A DNA stretch of 64,000 nucleotides from Bacteroidales bacterium. GTDB taxonomy: Bacteria; Bacteroidota; Bacteroidia; Bacteroidales; UBA932. Each line of letters begins with the position of its first letter. Within the stretch, counting starts at the first letter, position 1. The DNA is taken from NCBI GenBank assembly GCA_015060445.1, contig SUYL01000037.1:1577-65576 (forward strand). The letters are read 5' to 3'. The translations under genes and the position numbers were made by a program. The notes under the pieces are model-generated. The model was given only the letters and a program-made list of their open reading frames with translations. It made no database searches and was not told where the DNA came from. This document shows, one piece after another, positions 16,153 to 26,513 of this stretch.

Positions 16153-19026
16153 ATGAAAAGATGCAGTTTTATAGCAGCCTTCCTTTTGCTGGTATTGCCT
16201 GCCGCCCTTTTTGCCCAGCAGGGGAGTGATGCGGCCAAATATGCCCAGATAAAGGGAAAGGTTGTAATGGAGAATCCGCAGGGGGAACCTGTAGGATTTG
16301 CAACAATACATTTGTTGCCACAGGATGTATATACATCTACAGAACTGGACGGAACATATTTGCTCAAGAATGTTGAGCCGGGAAAAACCTCCATTGCCAT
16401 ACAGTTTGTGGGTATGGAGACTATAGATACATTGGTGAACCTTGCTCCAGGGGTTACACACACCTTCAATTTTACCATGAAGGAGACAAACTTCAGACTG
16501 AGTGAGGTTACAGTGCTTGCCGAACAGAGCAAGGCGGGTGAGGCTACCGCTTCAAACATATCCCGACAGGCAATTGACCACCTCCAGGCGGCTACCATAA
16601 AGGATGTGATGCAGTTGTTGCCTGGTGCCACATTGCAGAACTCCAACATGTCTGTGGCAAACAATATTTATATAAGGACAATTGCCCCTACATCAACCTC
16701 CCGCAGTGCAACCACCGCTACTGACGATGCCCATGCAAACATGAACAGTTTGGGTACTGCAGTGATTATGGATGGTGCGGCACTTTCAAATAACGCAAAC
16801 ATGCAGTTGCTGTCGGGAACAATGCAGGGTGCCAACTCAAATGTGGGAGTGGGCTCTACCCCTGCTGCAGGTGTGGATTTGCGAGGTATCTCTACAGACA
16901 ACATTGAGAGTGTTGAGGTGATAAGGGGTATCCCTTCTGCACAGTATGGAGACCTTACTTCCGGTGCTGTAATCATAAAGACAAAGGCAGGAAAGGAGCC
17001 TTTGAGGATAAAGGCCAACCTTAACCCTTACACATATTCTGTTTCTGCATCAAAAGGTATGCAGTTGGGAGAGAAGGGGGGTGCCCTTTCAATCAGCGGA
17101 GATTATGCTTATGATGCCCGCCAGCAGGAGATGGCACACCAGTATTACCAGAGATTCACTTTGAGGGGTTTGTGGACAAAGACATTCTTCGACCGCCTTT
17201 CTACCAATACCTCATTGGATTTGAAATTCCGCAAGGATACCCGTGAGAAGAATCCCGACGATGAGCGTTCGCAGATTGCCTATGGAGCAGACGAGATAGG
17301 ATTCAGACTCAACAGCAACGGTTCATATTCTACTCCGGATGCAGGATGGTTGAAGAGGTTGAGTTATACGCTCTCTTTCTCTTATGCAGACAAACAGTCT
17401 TACAGGGAGAGTATGCTTTCAAATGCATACGCACCATACCTTATGTCTTCTACTGACGGCTCTGTACTTACCAATATCCCTGGCCTGAAGATTTATGACA
17501 AGGATGGAAAGGAGATTACAAATATTCCTGTAGGAGAGGAGTCATACTATGGAACATATCTCCCTTACAGTTATTTCTCAAGGTATGACATCTACGGCAA
17601 GGAGTTGAACTTCCAGGCCTCAGTGAAGGCTCATTTCAACAAGAGATGGGAGAACAGCAGCAACAGTATCCTTGTGGGTGTTGACTACAAGACAGACGGT
17701 AACCTTGGTAGAGGTACAGTTTACAATATAAGTACCCCTCCACAGAGCAACAGCAGTTCATCTGCATACCGTCCGAGGGCATTCAAGGATATTCCGTTCA
17801 TCAACCAGTTGAGCGTATATGTAGAGGATGTGTTCTCGCACTCGTTCGGAAACCATGAACTGAAACTTACTGCAGGTGCCCGTTTCGACCAGATAAACAG
17901 CAAGAATATCCTTACTCCACGTCTGAATGCATCATTTGAGATTCTGCCGCGTACACTCTTTGTAAGGGGTGGCTGGGGTGTCCTTGCAAAGGCTCCTACA
18001 TCTCTGTACCTGTATCCGCAGGAGGCATATTATGAGTTTGTAAACTACAACACTTTGGGCGATGACAAATTGTCTGCAGACCAGCAGTTGCTGTTGGGTA
18101 CAACAAGAGTATTCAAGACTGAAAATCCGGATCTGAAGATTGCCAGGAATACAAAATCTGAGGTTGGATTTGACCTCAAATTCAATGGCGGAAAAATGGG
18201 ATTCTCCGTTACCGGTTTCCATGAGGAACTCAAGAACGGTTATTCAATGGGTACAGACCTTTATTCGGGTTTCCACCTTATCCCATATGTAACCTACAAG
18301 AACCTGCAGAAAGATGCACAGGGCAGATATACACTGGAGGTGGATGAGGTAAACAACATTTTTGTGAGCCACACTACCCCAATGAACTCACTCTCTACTG
18401 TAAACAAAGGTGTTGAGTATGAACTTAACCTTGGCAGGATTGATGCTATCCGTACCAGCATAAATGTGAATGGTGCCTACATGCATGTGAAGAAGGTGAA
18501 CAATAACCACACATACAGTTCAGGTACCAGTGCCAACAATCTGGAACACCATATAGGAGTTTATGAGAAAGGTGTGTCACGCAATTTGAATGAGGTGTTC
18601 AATACAACATTCCGCTTTACACACAATATCCCTCAGGTAGGTTTTGTAGTAACTCTTGCTGCCCAGGCCAACTGGTTTACCAAGACCTGGACCGAGTACG
18701 GCAACGACACCATGTTCCAGTACTACATAGACTACAAAGACGGTAAGGTGAAGGATTTTCTCCCTTCAATGAAGGATGATCCCGAGTTTGCAAACCTGTT
18801 TGAAACTCCAAATGAGAGGAGATTCATAAAGGAGAAATATGATCCTTATGTAATCTTCAATATAAATGTGTCAAAGGAGATTGGAGATTTCCTTACAGCA
18901 TCTTTCTTTGCAAACAACATCTTCAATACAAGACCGTTGTACGAGAGAAAAATGTATCCCGGTTCATACCTTGAGTTGGGAATGCCTACATTCTTCGGCT
19001 TTGACCTTAAAATTAACATAAGATAG
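16153..19026 (+). CDS. TonB-dependent receptor with N-terminal CarboxypepD_reg-like domain
   Basis: IKGKVVMENPQGEPVGFATIHLL..TELDGTYLLKNVEPGK. Plug motif IESVEVIRGIPSAQYGDLTSGAVIIKTK. 957 aa, C-terminal beta-barrel ending FGFDLKINIR. Confidence 0.85.
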   Translation: MKRCSFIAAFLLLVLPAALFAQQGSDAAKYAQIKGKVVMENPQGEPVGFATIHLLPQDVYTSTELDGTYLLKNVEPGKTSIAIQFVGMETIDTLVNLAPGVTHTFNFTMKETNFRLSEVTVLAEQSKAGEATASNISRQAIDHLQAATIKDVMQLLPGATLQNSNMSVANNIYIRTIAPTSTSRSATTATDDAHANMNSLGTAVIMDGAALSNNANMQLLSGTMQGANSNVGVGSTPAAGVDLRGISTDNIESVEVIRGIPSAQYGDLTSGAVIIKTKAGKEPLRIKANLNPYTYSVSASKGMQLGEKGGALSISGDYAYDARQQEMAHQYYQRFTLRGLWTKTFFDRLSTNTSLDLKFRKDTREKNPDDERSQIAYGADEIGFRLNSNGSYSTPDAGWLKRLSYTLSFSYADKQSYRESMLSNAYAPYLMSSTDGSVLTNIPGLKIYDKDGKEITNIPVGEESYYGTYLPYSYFSRYDIYGKELNFQASVKAHFNKRWENSSNSILVGVDYKTDGNLGRGTVYNISTPPQSNSSSSAYRPRAFKDIPFINQLSVYVEDVFSHSFGNHELKLTAGARFDQINSKNILTPRLNASFEILPRTLFVRGGWGVLAKAPTSLYLYPQEAYYEFVNYNTLGDDKLSADQQLLLGTTRVFKTENPDLKIARNTKSEVGFDLKFNGGKMGFSVTGFHEELKNGYSMGTDLYSGFHLIPYVTYKNLQKDAQGRYTLEVDEVNNIFVSHTTPMNSLSTVNKGVEYELNLGRIDAIRTSINVNGAYMHVKKVNNNHTYSSGTSANNLEHHIGVYEKGVSRNLNEVFNTTFRFTHNIPQVGFVVTLAAQANWFTKTWTEYGNDTMFQYYIDYKDGKVKDFLPSMKDDPEFANLFETPNERRFIKEKYDPYVIFNINVSKEIGDFLTASFFANNIFNTRPLYERKMYPGSYLELGMPTFFGFDLKINIR

Positions 19027-19038
19027 GAGGAGAGTGAG

Positions 19039-20298
19039 ATGAAAAAGATATTTTTATTTATGATGGCTGCACTTGCAACTGTTGCATGTGAGCAGTTTGA
19101 GGATGTAAAGAGTGTGGACAGGATAGGGGAGATATCTGTAGGAATACAGATTTCGTTGGATAAAGGTGATGATGTCCCTTCTCCTGCTTCATATAAAGTG
19201 AAGCTCAACAACTACGCGGAGAACATTGAGATGGTGCAGGAGGTAAAAGCCGGCGATGTTGTGGAACTTAAGGATATAATTCCCGGCATATACACAATTG
19301 CTGTTTCAGGCGAGTCTTCTGCCAACGGCTTTACATATGTTTTTAACGGTAACCTTTCAAATGTGAATGTTACAGAGAACGGCAAGAAATTCTCATTGGA
19401 GATGACTGCTGCAAAATCAGGCAACATCATCTTTAAGGAGGTTTATTATTGCGGCAGCAAGATTGGAGGCAAGACCTCGTATTTCAGGGACCAGTACTAT
19501 GAACTGTACAACAACAGCAACCAGGTACAGTACTTGGATGGCCTTTGCATTGGAAATATCAACCCTGCCGGAACCTCTTCAATAAAATATGTGTGGAACA
19601 GGGAGAACCAGGAGGATTACATTTATTTCCAGACCATTTGGCAGATCCCTTTTGACAGGGAGAATCCCGACAACAAACTTTATCCGCTTCAGCCGGGTGA
19701 GTCGGTAATCCTTGCACAGATGGCCCATGACCATAGGGCTGCAAACCTTAATCCTGACTGTCCTGTAGATTTGTCGGGAGCAGAGTTTGAATTCTATTTG
19801 AAGACTACTGCATACACAAAGGATAATCCTGCCCACAATATGATTGGTGCTTTCTGGAAACTCACTACCTCGTGGTGGCTGGTTACTGTAAACGGTGGTG
19901 CCTTTGCAATCTTCTATCCCGACGAGCAGATGGCTTCTGTGATGTATGAACCGGATTATGAGAAGATATATTCAGGATCATGGGTTACCCCTGTAGGCTA
20001 TTCTACAAAAGGTAAGGATGTCCCTATTGACTGCATTGTGGATGCTGTGGAACTTATGCTCAATGAGTCAAAGATTACCCAGAAACGTATGCCTGCGGTG
20101 CTTGATGCAGGTGCAACATGGGTTGGCGGTACATACAAGGCTATGAGTGTAAGCCGTAAGATTAAAGAAACCAGGGAGGATGGCACTGTTGTGTATGTTG
20201 ACACCAACAATAGCCTTGAGGATTTCCAGGTTAATGACAAGCCTGTTCCAAGACGTGAAGGAGCCAAAATACCTTCATGGAACACTTGGGCAAACTGA
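19039..20298 (+). CDS. Lipoprotein partner of the upstream TonB-dependent receptor (DUF4876-like)
   Basis: Signal MKKIFLFMMAALATVAC. Lies 12 bp after the receptor gene. The family name is from memory of the Bacteroides trio TBDR/DUF4876/DUF6850 and is unverified. Confidence 0.6.
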   Translation: MKKIFLFMMAALATVACEQFEDVKSVDRIGEISVGIQISLDKGDDVPSPASYKVKLNNYAENIEMVQEVKAGDVVELKDIIPGIYTIAVSGESSANGFTYVFNGNLSNVNVTENGKKFSLEMTAAKSGNIIFKEVYYCGSKIGGKTSYFRDQYYELYNNSNQVQYLDGLCIGNINPAGTSSIKYVWNRENQEDYIYFQTIWQIPFDRENPDNKLYPLQPGESVILAQMAHDHRAANLNPDCPVDLSGAEFEFYLKTTAYTKDNPAHNMIGAFWKLTTSWWLVTVNGGAFAIFYPDEQMASVMYEPDYEKIYSGSWVTPVGYSTKGKDVPIDCIVDAVELMLNESKITQKRMPAVLDAGATWVGGTYKAMSVSRKIKETREDGTVVYVDTNNSLEDFQVNDKPVPRREGAKIPSWNTWAN

Positions 20299-20323
20299 TT
20301 GTAGAATTTAAATTCGGAATAGG

Positions 20324-21874
20324 ATGAAAAGATTATATATACTATTGATGGCATTTGGTTTGTCTCTCCCTGCAACAGTTTCTGCGCAGGAGGCTGTAAG
20401 GGAGCCGCAGATTGAGATGAACCTTGCCCGCAGCCTATGGTGGAGCAGCAACAATGCTGCAGGTATGAGTGTAATGCCTCTGAACAAATACAGTGTTGTA
20501 GGATTGGGCTATGAGATGACCTCTGGTGATTTCAAACTTACCCAGGATGGGGAGAAGGAGAATGCTGTAGGATTTGGGACTAATGGTGCCACTTCTGTTG
20601 GACAGACACAACTATGGGGTACTTTTGACTACAGGAATATTGTGGAGAAGGATGCAAGTTTCATTACAAATCTTTATGACCCGCATAGGGATATGCCTTA
20701 TTATGTGGCTGATGAGGTAATGAGCAAATTCAAGAAACAGTCGTATGACCTTGGTGTAAAGGCTGCATTCCCTCAGTTGTGGGGGGTGGTTACTCCCGGT
20801 ATGGATTTGCAATATACCACCCAGACAGGTGCCAAACAGAGGGATCCCCGTTCGGTTACATATTACCTCACAGTAAAGGCGGCACCGTCGTTGCTGTTTG
20901 AATTGTCGGGAAGAAGCAGTTTGGGACTTACCTTCAATTATGAGTATCTGTATGAGAGAAGTACTTTCAACAGAAGTGATACGGAGGTTGACTACCCTGT
21001 ATTCATTATGAGAGGATTGGGCAACTATACTTCAGGGGTTGTTTCCGGTTCTGTAGGTGTGGGAACATTCTTCTACAAAGGTAACAGGATTGGAGGAGGA
21101 TTGCAGTACGGCTATACCAATAATGATGATTTTTCTGCCCTTGTAGATGTGAAATACTCATACAAGGTTGAGGATGCATTCCAGACCCCTACCAAAAAGC
21201 AGAATATGGGTTCTACCAAACAGGATTTGTGGGGTGTGGATGTTCAGTTGCTCAATGACGGCGAGGTTTATATGAAGAAATTGGCCATCTCTTTCCTTGA
21301 CAGGAAGACTGAGGGTATTGAGTATGTTCAGGAACTGGATTCTTCTTTTGATGTGGCAGAGTGGGTTACCCTTGCAAAATATGTGAGGAGCAAATACTCC
21401 TTCAGAAATTTGGGACTCCGTTATGATATGTATGCCAAGAAGGGTTCCGGCTATTCATGGATGGCAGGTGTGGAGATGAAACACTCCAAGCAGTCAGACA
21501 AATATCTTTTGCCGGTATCTACTCTTGAGGCAGACAACTGTTTCTGGAATCTTTATGCAAAGAAGAATTTTGAATTGTGTGAAAAGAGTTCTCTTCTTGC
21601 AGGTGTAAATGTTGGTTACAATTCCAATTTGGATGGTGAATACAACTATACCGGTGCATACGAAACTTCAGAAACTGTTACAAACATGTACAGGAATGAT
21701 TTCATGTATCTTGTTTCTGACTACTACAGATTTGGCGCTGAGGCAACTTATTCAACATTTGTCTCAGATTTGACTTCTCTGTTTGTAAAGGCCCAGTTCC
21801 AGTATTGGGCTCCTAAAGACTCAGACTTTGACAGGAGAACCTATACAGGATTGTCGGTGGGGATTACTTTTTAA
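20324..21874 (+). CDS. Outer-membrane beta-barrel protein (DUF6850-like)
   Basis: Signal peptide MKRLYILLMAFGLSLPATVSAQE. Alternating-hydrophobicity strands, C-terminal ...GLSVGITF. The family name is unverified. Confidence 0.6.
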   Translation: MKRLYILLMAFGLSLPATVSAQEAVREPQIEMNLARSLWWSSNNAAGMSVMPLNKYSVVGLGYEMTSGDFKLTQDGEKENAVGFGTNGATSVGQTQLWGTFDYRNIVEKDASFITNLYDPHRDMPYYVADEVMSKFKKQSYDLGVKAAFPQLWGVVTPGMDLQYTTQTGAKQRDPRSVTYYLTVKAAPSLLFELSGRSSLGLTFNYEYLYERSTFNRSDTEVDYPVFIMRGLGNYTSGVVSGSVGVGTFFYKGNRIGGGLQYGYTNNDDFSALVDVKYSYKVEDAFQTPTKKQNMGSTKQDLWGVDVQLLNDGEVYMKKLAISFLDRKTEGIEYVQELDSSFDVAEWVTLAKYVRSKYSFRNLGLRYDMYAKKGSGYSWMAGVEMKHSKQSDKYLLPVSTLEADNCFWNLYAKKNFELCEKSSLLAGVNVGYNSNLDGEYNYTGAYETSETVTNMYRNDFMYLVSDYYRFGAEATYSTFVSDLTSLFVKAQFQYWAPKDSDFDRRTYTGLSVGITF

Positions 21875-22006
21875 TCACGTCGCAATTATGTACAATCTAT
21901 TGATTCTCAATAGATTTAAAAAAACATCTTCCGTGGATTCCCGGAAGATGTTTTTTTTATTTGCTGATACTCAGCAAATTGTACATAATTGCGACGTGAT
22001 TAAAAA
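21868..22006. repeat. 29-bp perfect inverted repeat enclosing an 81-nt spacer with three internal hairpins
   Basis: Arms TTTTTAATCACGTCGCAATTATGTACAAT (21868-21896) and its exact reverse complement (21978-22006). The spacer contains CTATTGA-TTC-TCAATAG, ACATCTTCCG...CGGAAGATGT+T8, and TTGCTGA-TAC-TCAGCAA. Confidence 0.8.
21924..21958 (+). terminator. Rho-independent terminator (middle hairpin of the structure above)
   Basis: 10-bp stem ACATCTTCCG / CGGAAGATGT followed by a T8 run. Confidence 0.65.
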
Positions 22007-22030
22007 AATTGCTATCTTTGGGTAAAACTT

Positions 22031-22678
22031 TTGATTATGGCAGACAATTATCTTGAGAAGAAGTTTGAGGAGTTGCACGCAAGAAAAGGTGGAACAAAGC
22101 ATAAAGTGGCGGCAAGCAATCCGAGCCTGGATTCGCTGTTGCTAAGGAACAGAAGTTACAGGGGGTTTGACAATTCATATAAGGTGAGCAGGGAGGAGTT
22201 GGTCAAAATTGTGGAGGTGTGTACAAAGACCCCATGTGCAAAGAACCAGCAGGCATTGAGGTTCAAACTGGTTTATGGGGAGGATGCTCCAAGGATGCAT
22301 CAATATACAAAATGGGGCGGGGCGTTGCCTGAACTCAATCTGCCGTTCAAGGGAACAGAGCCAACAGCGTTCATAATAATCTGCTCAACTGTAGCGGAGA
22401 ACAAGTGGGTAGATATAGATTTGGGAATTGCGGCCCAGAGCATGCTCCTCAAGGCTGTGGAATTGGGATTGAACGGCATCTGTATTGGCGCCTTCAACAA
22501 GGTGGAGACAGTAAATGAATTTGCACTTGAGCATGAGCCTCTGCTGGTACTTGCCATTGGCAAAGGGGCAGAGAATATACAGTTGACCCGTATAAAACCA
22601 GGAGAACAGCAGGCATACTACCGTAAAGATGGCGTACATTTTGTACCTAAATTGGGAGTTGATGATATCCTTTTGTAA
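22031..22678 (+). CDS. Nitroreductase family protein
   Basis: The N-terminus MADNYLEKKFEEL and the RSYRGF motif are typical of Bacteroidales nitroreductases. ~215 aa. Confidence 0.75.
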   Translation: MIMADNYLEKKFEELHARKGGTKHKVAASNPSLDSLLLRNRSYRGFDNSYKVSREELVKIVEVCTKTPCAKNQQALRFKLVYGEDAPRMHQYTKWGGALPELNLPFKGTEPTAFIIICSTVAENKWVDIDLGIAAQSMLLKAVELGLNGICIGAFNKVETVNEFALEHEPLLVLAIGKGAENIQLTRIKPGEQQAYYRKDGVHFVPKLGVDDILL

Positions 22679-22699
22679 AACATTTAAAACTATATTGAA

Positions 22700-23368
22700 A
22701 TGAAAAGATTTATGATGTTTGCAGCCCTAGTATTATGTTCCATGGCTGCCGTTGCTCAGGAGTACCAGGTAATGCCTGAACCGGGCAAAAAAATGTCTTA
22801 TGAGGTTAATGCCGTTACCCCAATGGGCGTTACCAGAATGTATGTTACCCAAACACTGGAGAAAACCGATGACGGCAAATATATTGTAAACAGTTCCGCT
22901 TCCACTGCAGAAGGGGTAGAGGGGCAGAAAAGTTCCCTTACATATTCTGTCGCAGATGGAGAATATGTCATATCTGTAAAGGAGGTCCTTGCCGACCAAC
23001 TTGCACAAATGGGTGGCAACCTGGAGATCTTTGAGGCTACAGACCTTCACTACCCTGTTGCCCTTTCAGAGAATTCGGAACTTAAACCTGCCACCATGCG
23101 TATAAAGGTAAATATTCAGGGGATGGATCTGGATATGACCATTTCAATTAAAGAGAGGAAGACCGCATCAACAGAGGAAATTACCACCCCTGCAGGAACT
23201 TTCACCTGCCTTAAGATGACCGAAAAGCAGGTTATCTCCCTAATGGGCCAGGAGCAGGTATCTGAGGTAACCTACTGGTACGGCAAAGGTATAGGCCTTG
23301 TAAAACAGGCTACCGTTGCCATGGGAGGAATGGTTTCTACTGAACTTTTGCTCAAGAAGATTGAGTAG
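22700..23368 (+). CDS. Secreted hypothetical protein
   Basis: Signal peptide MKRFMMFAALVLCSMAAVAQE. No family recognised. Confidence 0.55.
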   Translation: MKRFMMFAALVLCSMAAVAQEYQVMPEPGKKMSYEVNAVTPMGVTRMYVTQTLEKTDDGKYIVNSSASTAEGVEGQKSSLTYSVADGEYVISVKEVLADQLAQMGGNLEIFEATDLHYPVALSENSELKPATMRIKVNIQGMDLDMTISIKERKTASTEEITTPAGTFTCLKMTEKQVISLMGQEQVSEVTYWYGKGIGLVKQATVAMGGMVSTELLLKKIE

Positions 23369-24271
23369 TTACAGCAGGTTTATTGTGCATCCGCTGCAGA
23401 AAATGGAGCATTGCTCTCCCAGGGCATCAGCAAGCAGTTGTGCTGCGCGGGTACATGTACAATGCCCCGTGTGGATTTTCAAATGAGGATATTTTTCTTT
23501 TATGATACTGGCCGTCTCAAGTATTGAGGCGGCCTCTTTTTCGCCCTGCCCCATAAGAAGATAATCCACATAGTGGAGCCCTCCAATGAAATGTTTTATG
23601 CACCCCTTTCCAATCCACTCCCTGCAATCCTCCAGGATATTCAGTATCCCGTTGTGGCTGCATGGGGAGATTACTGCAAATTCCTCCGGAGCATACTCAA
23701 CCAGAACGGCAATCTCGTGGGTGAAGTTGTCGGGAAGATCATTGCAGTAGAGGAATTCATTTCCCATTGGGGTGGGGAAATCCCTTCTTCCCGACAATGG
23801 AATGAGGGTAATCTTCTCTGTAATGCTGGTTGTTTCTCCAATCTCAGTAAATCGGTGACCGTAATCTGCAAAAAGGGCCTGCTCCATTCCAATGTTGCGG
23901 GCTTCGCGCACCCCATTCTTTGGACGGCATGAATAGAAAAAGTTTCCCCTTATTGAGTTGTGCAGATATACCGGTGCCTTTGAATTGTGCTCAAAGAACT
24001 TCCTCAGCCCCCCTGTATGGTCATTGTGCCCATGGGAGATGAATACTGCATCTATCTCCTCCACATTGCATACTCCATCTCCGGAGAGTATCTCCATATT
24101 CTCTATGAATGCTCCGCTGGCTCCGGTATCCACAAGATAATGTTTTCCGTCCAATGAAAAGTGGAAACTCAGGCCGTGCTCAGCGGAAAGTCGGTCCCCG
24201 ACTTTTCGCAAAAGTCGGGGACCGACTTGCTGGCTTGGTGCCTGATTATCAATGATTACGTCTATTTTCAT
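23369..24271 (-). CDS. MBL-fold metallo-hydrolase
   Basis: HxHxDH motif VFISHGHNDHTGG. Its stop abuts the stop of the convergent upstream gene. Confidence 0.8.
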   Translation of the reverse strand: MKIDVIIDNQAPSQQVGPRLLRKVGDRLSAEHGLSFHFSLDGKHYLVDTGASGAFIENMEILSGDGVCNVEEIDAVFISHGHNDHTGGLRKFFEHNSKAPVYLHNSIRGNFFYSCRPKNGVREARNIGMEQALFADYGHRFTEIGETTSITEKITLIPLSGRRDFPTPMGNEFLYCNDLPDNFTHEIAVLVEYAPEEFAVISPCSHNGILNILEDCREWIGKGCIKHFIGGLHYVDYLLMGQGEKEAASILETASIIKEKYPHLKIHTGHCTCTRAAQLLADALGEQCSIFCSGCTINLL

Positions 24272-24277
24272 TTCATT

Positions 24278-25441
24278 TTATCTGAGCCTGTATTTGTAGA
24301 AGTGTTTGCGGATTAGGGTGAGGAGGTAAACAAGCCCCAGGATTGTGAGGGCAAATCCTACAGCGTATGCTGTTGAATAGTTTGAGTATTGGGCAATTAT
24401 GCCGCCGCAGAAAACTCCTGCTCCCACTCCTAGATCAAAGAATGTGAGATAGGTGGCATTTGCGGCTCCCCGTTCTGTATCTTCACCCAGGTTTATTATC
24501 ATTGTTTGGGCAGTGGGGGAGATGAGTCCGTAGCCTATGCCCATAAAGATGGCGGAGGAGTAGAATGCTGTGGGGTTAAGTATGAATGCCACTATAAAGA
24601 ACCCGATAATGAGGGAGATTATCCCCAGTGCAAATACCATTATATATTTCCCGCTCCGCAGAATCATTGATGATGAGAGTCGTGCGGCTACAAGACCGGC
24701 GGAGAATATGGTAAAGTAGTATCCTGTACCTTGGGTAAGTCCAACCTCTTCCTTTGCGTATATTGAGAGATACACTGTAATTATTCCGTATCCGAATGTA
24801 AGGAGCACCATTACGGCAGCAACCGGAAGACCCTTCCGCAGGAGCAGGCTGGAGATGCTGAATTTTCTGTTAGAACGCTGCACATCCTTGCCAGGCTTTA
24901 TGTTTGCTGTGGCCAGAAATCCTGTCAGGCCAACGCAGAATACCGCAATGAAAATGGTATTGAATTCAATACCGTTCTCATTCATAAAAAGAGAGATAAG
25001 CGGTCCTGTGGCCATGGCAAGGGAGGTAGATGAGGTATAGATTCCCAATCCTTCTCCTCTCCGTTCCCAGGGGATGATATCTACAGCCATTGTATTTATC
25101 CCTACGGTTGAGCACCCGAAGGCTATGCCGTGTACAAAGCGGATTATAAAGAAAAGTCCCAATGTGGCTGCCAGTGTGTAACTCAGGCACATTGAGATAT
25201 AGAAAAGATAGAAGCACATCATAAGGGGCTTGCGGGAGGCTTTGTCGAGCCAGAATCCTGCTACAGGCCTTGTTATGAGTGCCGCTATAGTATAAAGGGA
25301 CAATATTGTCCCTATTATTGATTCACTTGCGTGAAGATGGTTTGCCAGATATAGTGGCAAAATGGGCAACAACATGTAAAAAGCGTTGTACATTAAGAAG
25401 TTGCCCAAGTTTACCAATATGAAGTTCCTGTTCCAAAGCAT
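24278..25441 (-). CDS. MFS transporter
   Basis: ~12 predicted TM helices, loop motif GFWLDKASRKP. Likely start MLWNRNFILVNLGNF at 25441 (track start is 25483). Confidence 0.85.
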   Translation of the reverse strand: MLWNRNFILVNLGNFLMYNAFYMLLPILPLYLANHLHASESIIGTILSLYTIAALITRPVAGFWLDKASRKPLMMCFYLFYISMCLSYTLAATLGLFFIIRFVHGIAFGCSTVGINTMAVDIIPWERRGEGLGIYTSSTSLAMATGPLISLFMNENGIEFNTIFIAVFCVGLTGFLATANIKPGKDVQRSNRKFSISSLLLRKGLPVAAVMVLLTFGYGIITVYLSIYAKEEVGLTQGTGYYFTIFSAGLVAARLSSSMILRSGKYIMVFALGIISLIIGFFIVAFILNPTAFYSSAIFMGIGYGLISPTAQTMIINLGEDTERGAANATYLTFFDLGVGAGVFCGGIIAQYSNYSTAYAVGFALTILGLVYLLTLIRKHFYKYRLR

Positions 25442-25560
25442 TATTTTGCTTTCTCCATTTTTCTTATTTCCCTGTTTATACAACTCCAGGTATAAACAAC
25501 TGAAACAATCATTGCAACAACTGTTGCGTAACCCATTGCGTTAAGTAAAAATTCTCTCAT
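25441..25560 (-). CDS. Possible 39-aa single-TM micro-protein upstream of the MFS gene
   Basis: MREFLLNAMGYATVVAMIVSVVYTWSCINREIRKMEKAK. Its stop overlaps the MFS start (TAATG). The small size makes this speculative. Confidence 0.3.
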   Translation of the reverse strand: MREFLLNAMGYATVVAMIVSVVYTWSCINREIRKMEKAK

Positions 25561-25600
25561 GACACCTGATATTTTAGTTTGTACTGTTTTGTTTACAGTG

Positions 25601-25637
25601 CAAAAATATCCTGGTGTTTTGTCAACTTTTGACACAA
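25601..25637 (-). promoter_or_regulatory. Promoter-like element: 22-nt motif TTGTGTCAAAAGTTGACAAAAC, 7 nt, then TATTTTTG (-7 box TAnnTTTG)
   Basis: Read on the minus strand (plus-strand mirror copy at 63158-63194). The same architecture occurs at 35059-35095. Confidence 0.35.
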
Positions 25638-25658
25638 GAAAATTTTCTGCAAAAAATT

Positions 25659-26459
25659 TTAATATCCCAGATTGTCACCCCTCATAAGTTTCTGGAAGAA
25701 GGCGATATGCTGCTCAAGGGCAAATCCCCAATAAGGCCACGAGTGCTTTCCGGGAGTGAGTAGTGCAAAATGGGGTATTCCCATGTAGCGGCATTTCTCA
25801 GAGAAAAGGTCTGTACATCTTACATAGAAATCATCATAACCGCAACTGATTATGAACGGTTTGTTCTTTCCCTCAAGTTTGTGTACCCTGTTTATTGCAC
25901 TCTCCTGTGCAAGTCTCTCAACTTTGTCGCCAATAACCTCAGGTATCTGGTTCTTTTTTAGTGGAGTAAGTTCAAGGTCAAGGACGCCGCTCATACTTCC
26001 TGCAGACTTGAACATGTCGGGATTATCAAGGAAAAGGTTCATTGCGCCGTGTCCTCCCATGCTCAAACCTGTAATGAATGTCCTCTCCGGAACAAGGTTG
26101 AACTTTTTCTGCATCATAGGGAAAAGTTCACTCCAGAAGAAGGTTCTCCACTGCATCTTCTGGGGATCTGTATTGTTCAGATACCATCCGTTGTAGAAAC
26201 CGTCGGGACAAATGATACGGAAATTAGTTCTGTTGCTTATCTCTTGAATGTCATGTTTCTTGCTCCAGTCTTTGTAGCATCCGCTCCATCCGTGAAGAAG
26301 GAACAGGGTAGGGGTCTGGTCATTTACATTTTCTGGGGTAAAAACTAGAATTGAATCATTGCATTTGAGGTTAGGACTCTCAATTACAATAAGTTCTTGG
26401 GCACTTGCTCTGCCCATTGCCATAATGCACAGCAATAATGCAACTGCAAAACGAATCAT
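25659..26459 (-). CDS. Secreted alpha/beta-hydrolase esterase (esterase D / CE1-like)
   Basis: Signal peptide. FLLHGWSG, nucleophile elbow GLSMGGHGA. Confidence 0.8.
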   Translation of the reverse strand: MIRFAVALLLCIMAMGRASAQELIVIESPNLKCNDSILVFTPENVNDQTPTLFLLHGWSGCYKDWSKKHDIQEISNRTNFRIICPDGFYNGWYLNNTDPQKMQWRTFFWSELFPMMQKKFNLVPERTFITGLSMGGHGAMNLFLDNPDMFKSAGSMSGVLDLELTPLKKNQIPEVIGDKVERLAQESAINRVHKLEGKNKPFIISCGYDDFYVRCTDLFSEKCRYMGIPHFALLTPGKHSWPYWGFALEQHIAFFQKLMRGDNLGY

Positions 26460-26513
26460 AATATTAAAAGTTATTTTTTGGTTATAAGCGCAAAATTAGT
26501 GTATTTTTGTGAT

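Noticed and set aside
23366-23371. Stop-to-stop abutment of convergent genes (TAG at 23366-23368, reverse TAA at 23369-23371) with no terminator
   Set aside because: This is unusual but explainable by compact gene packing. There is no additional structure to support a regulatory role.
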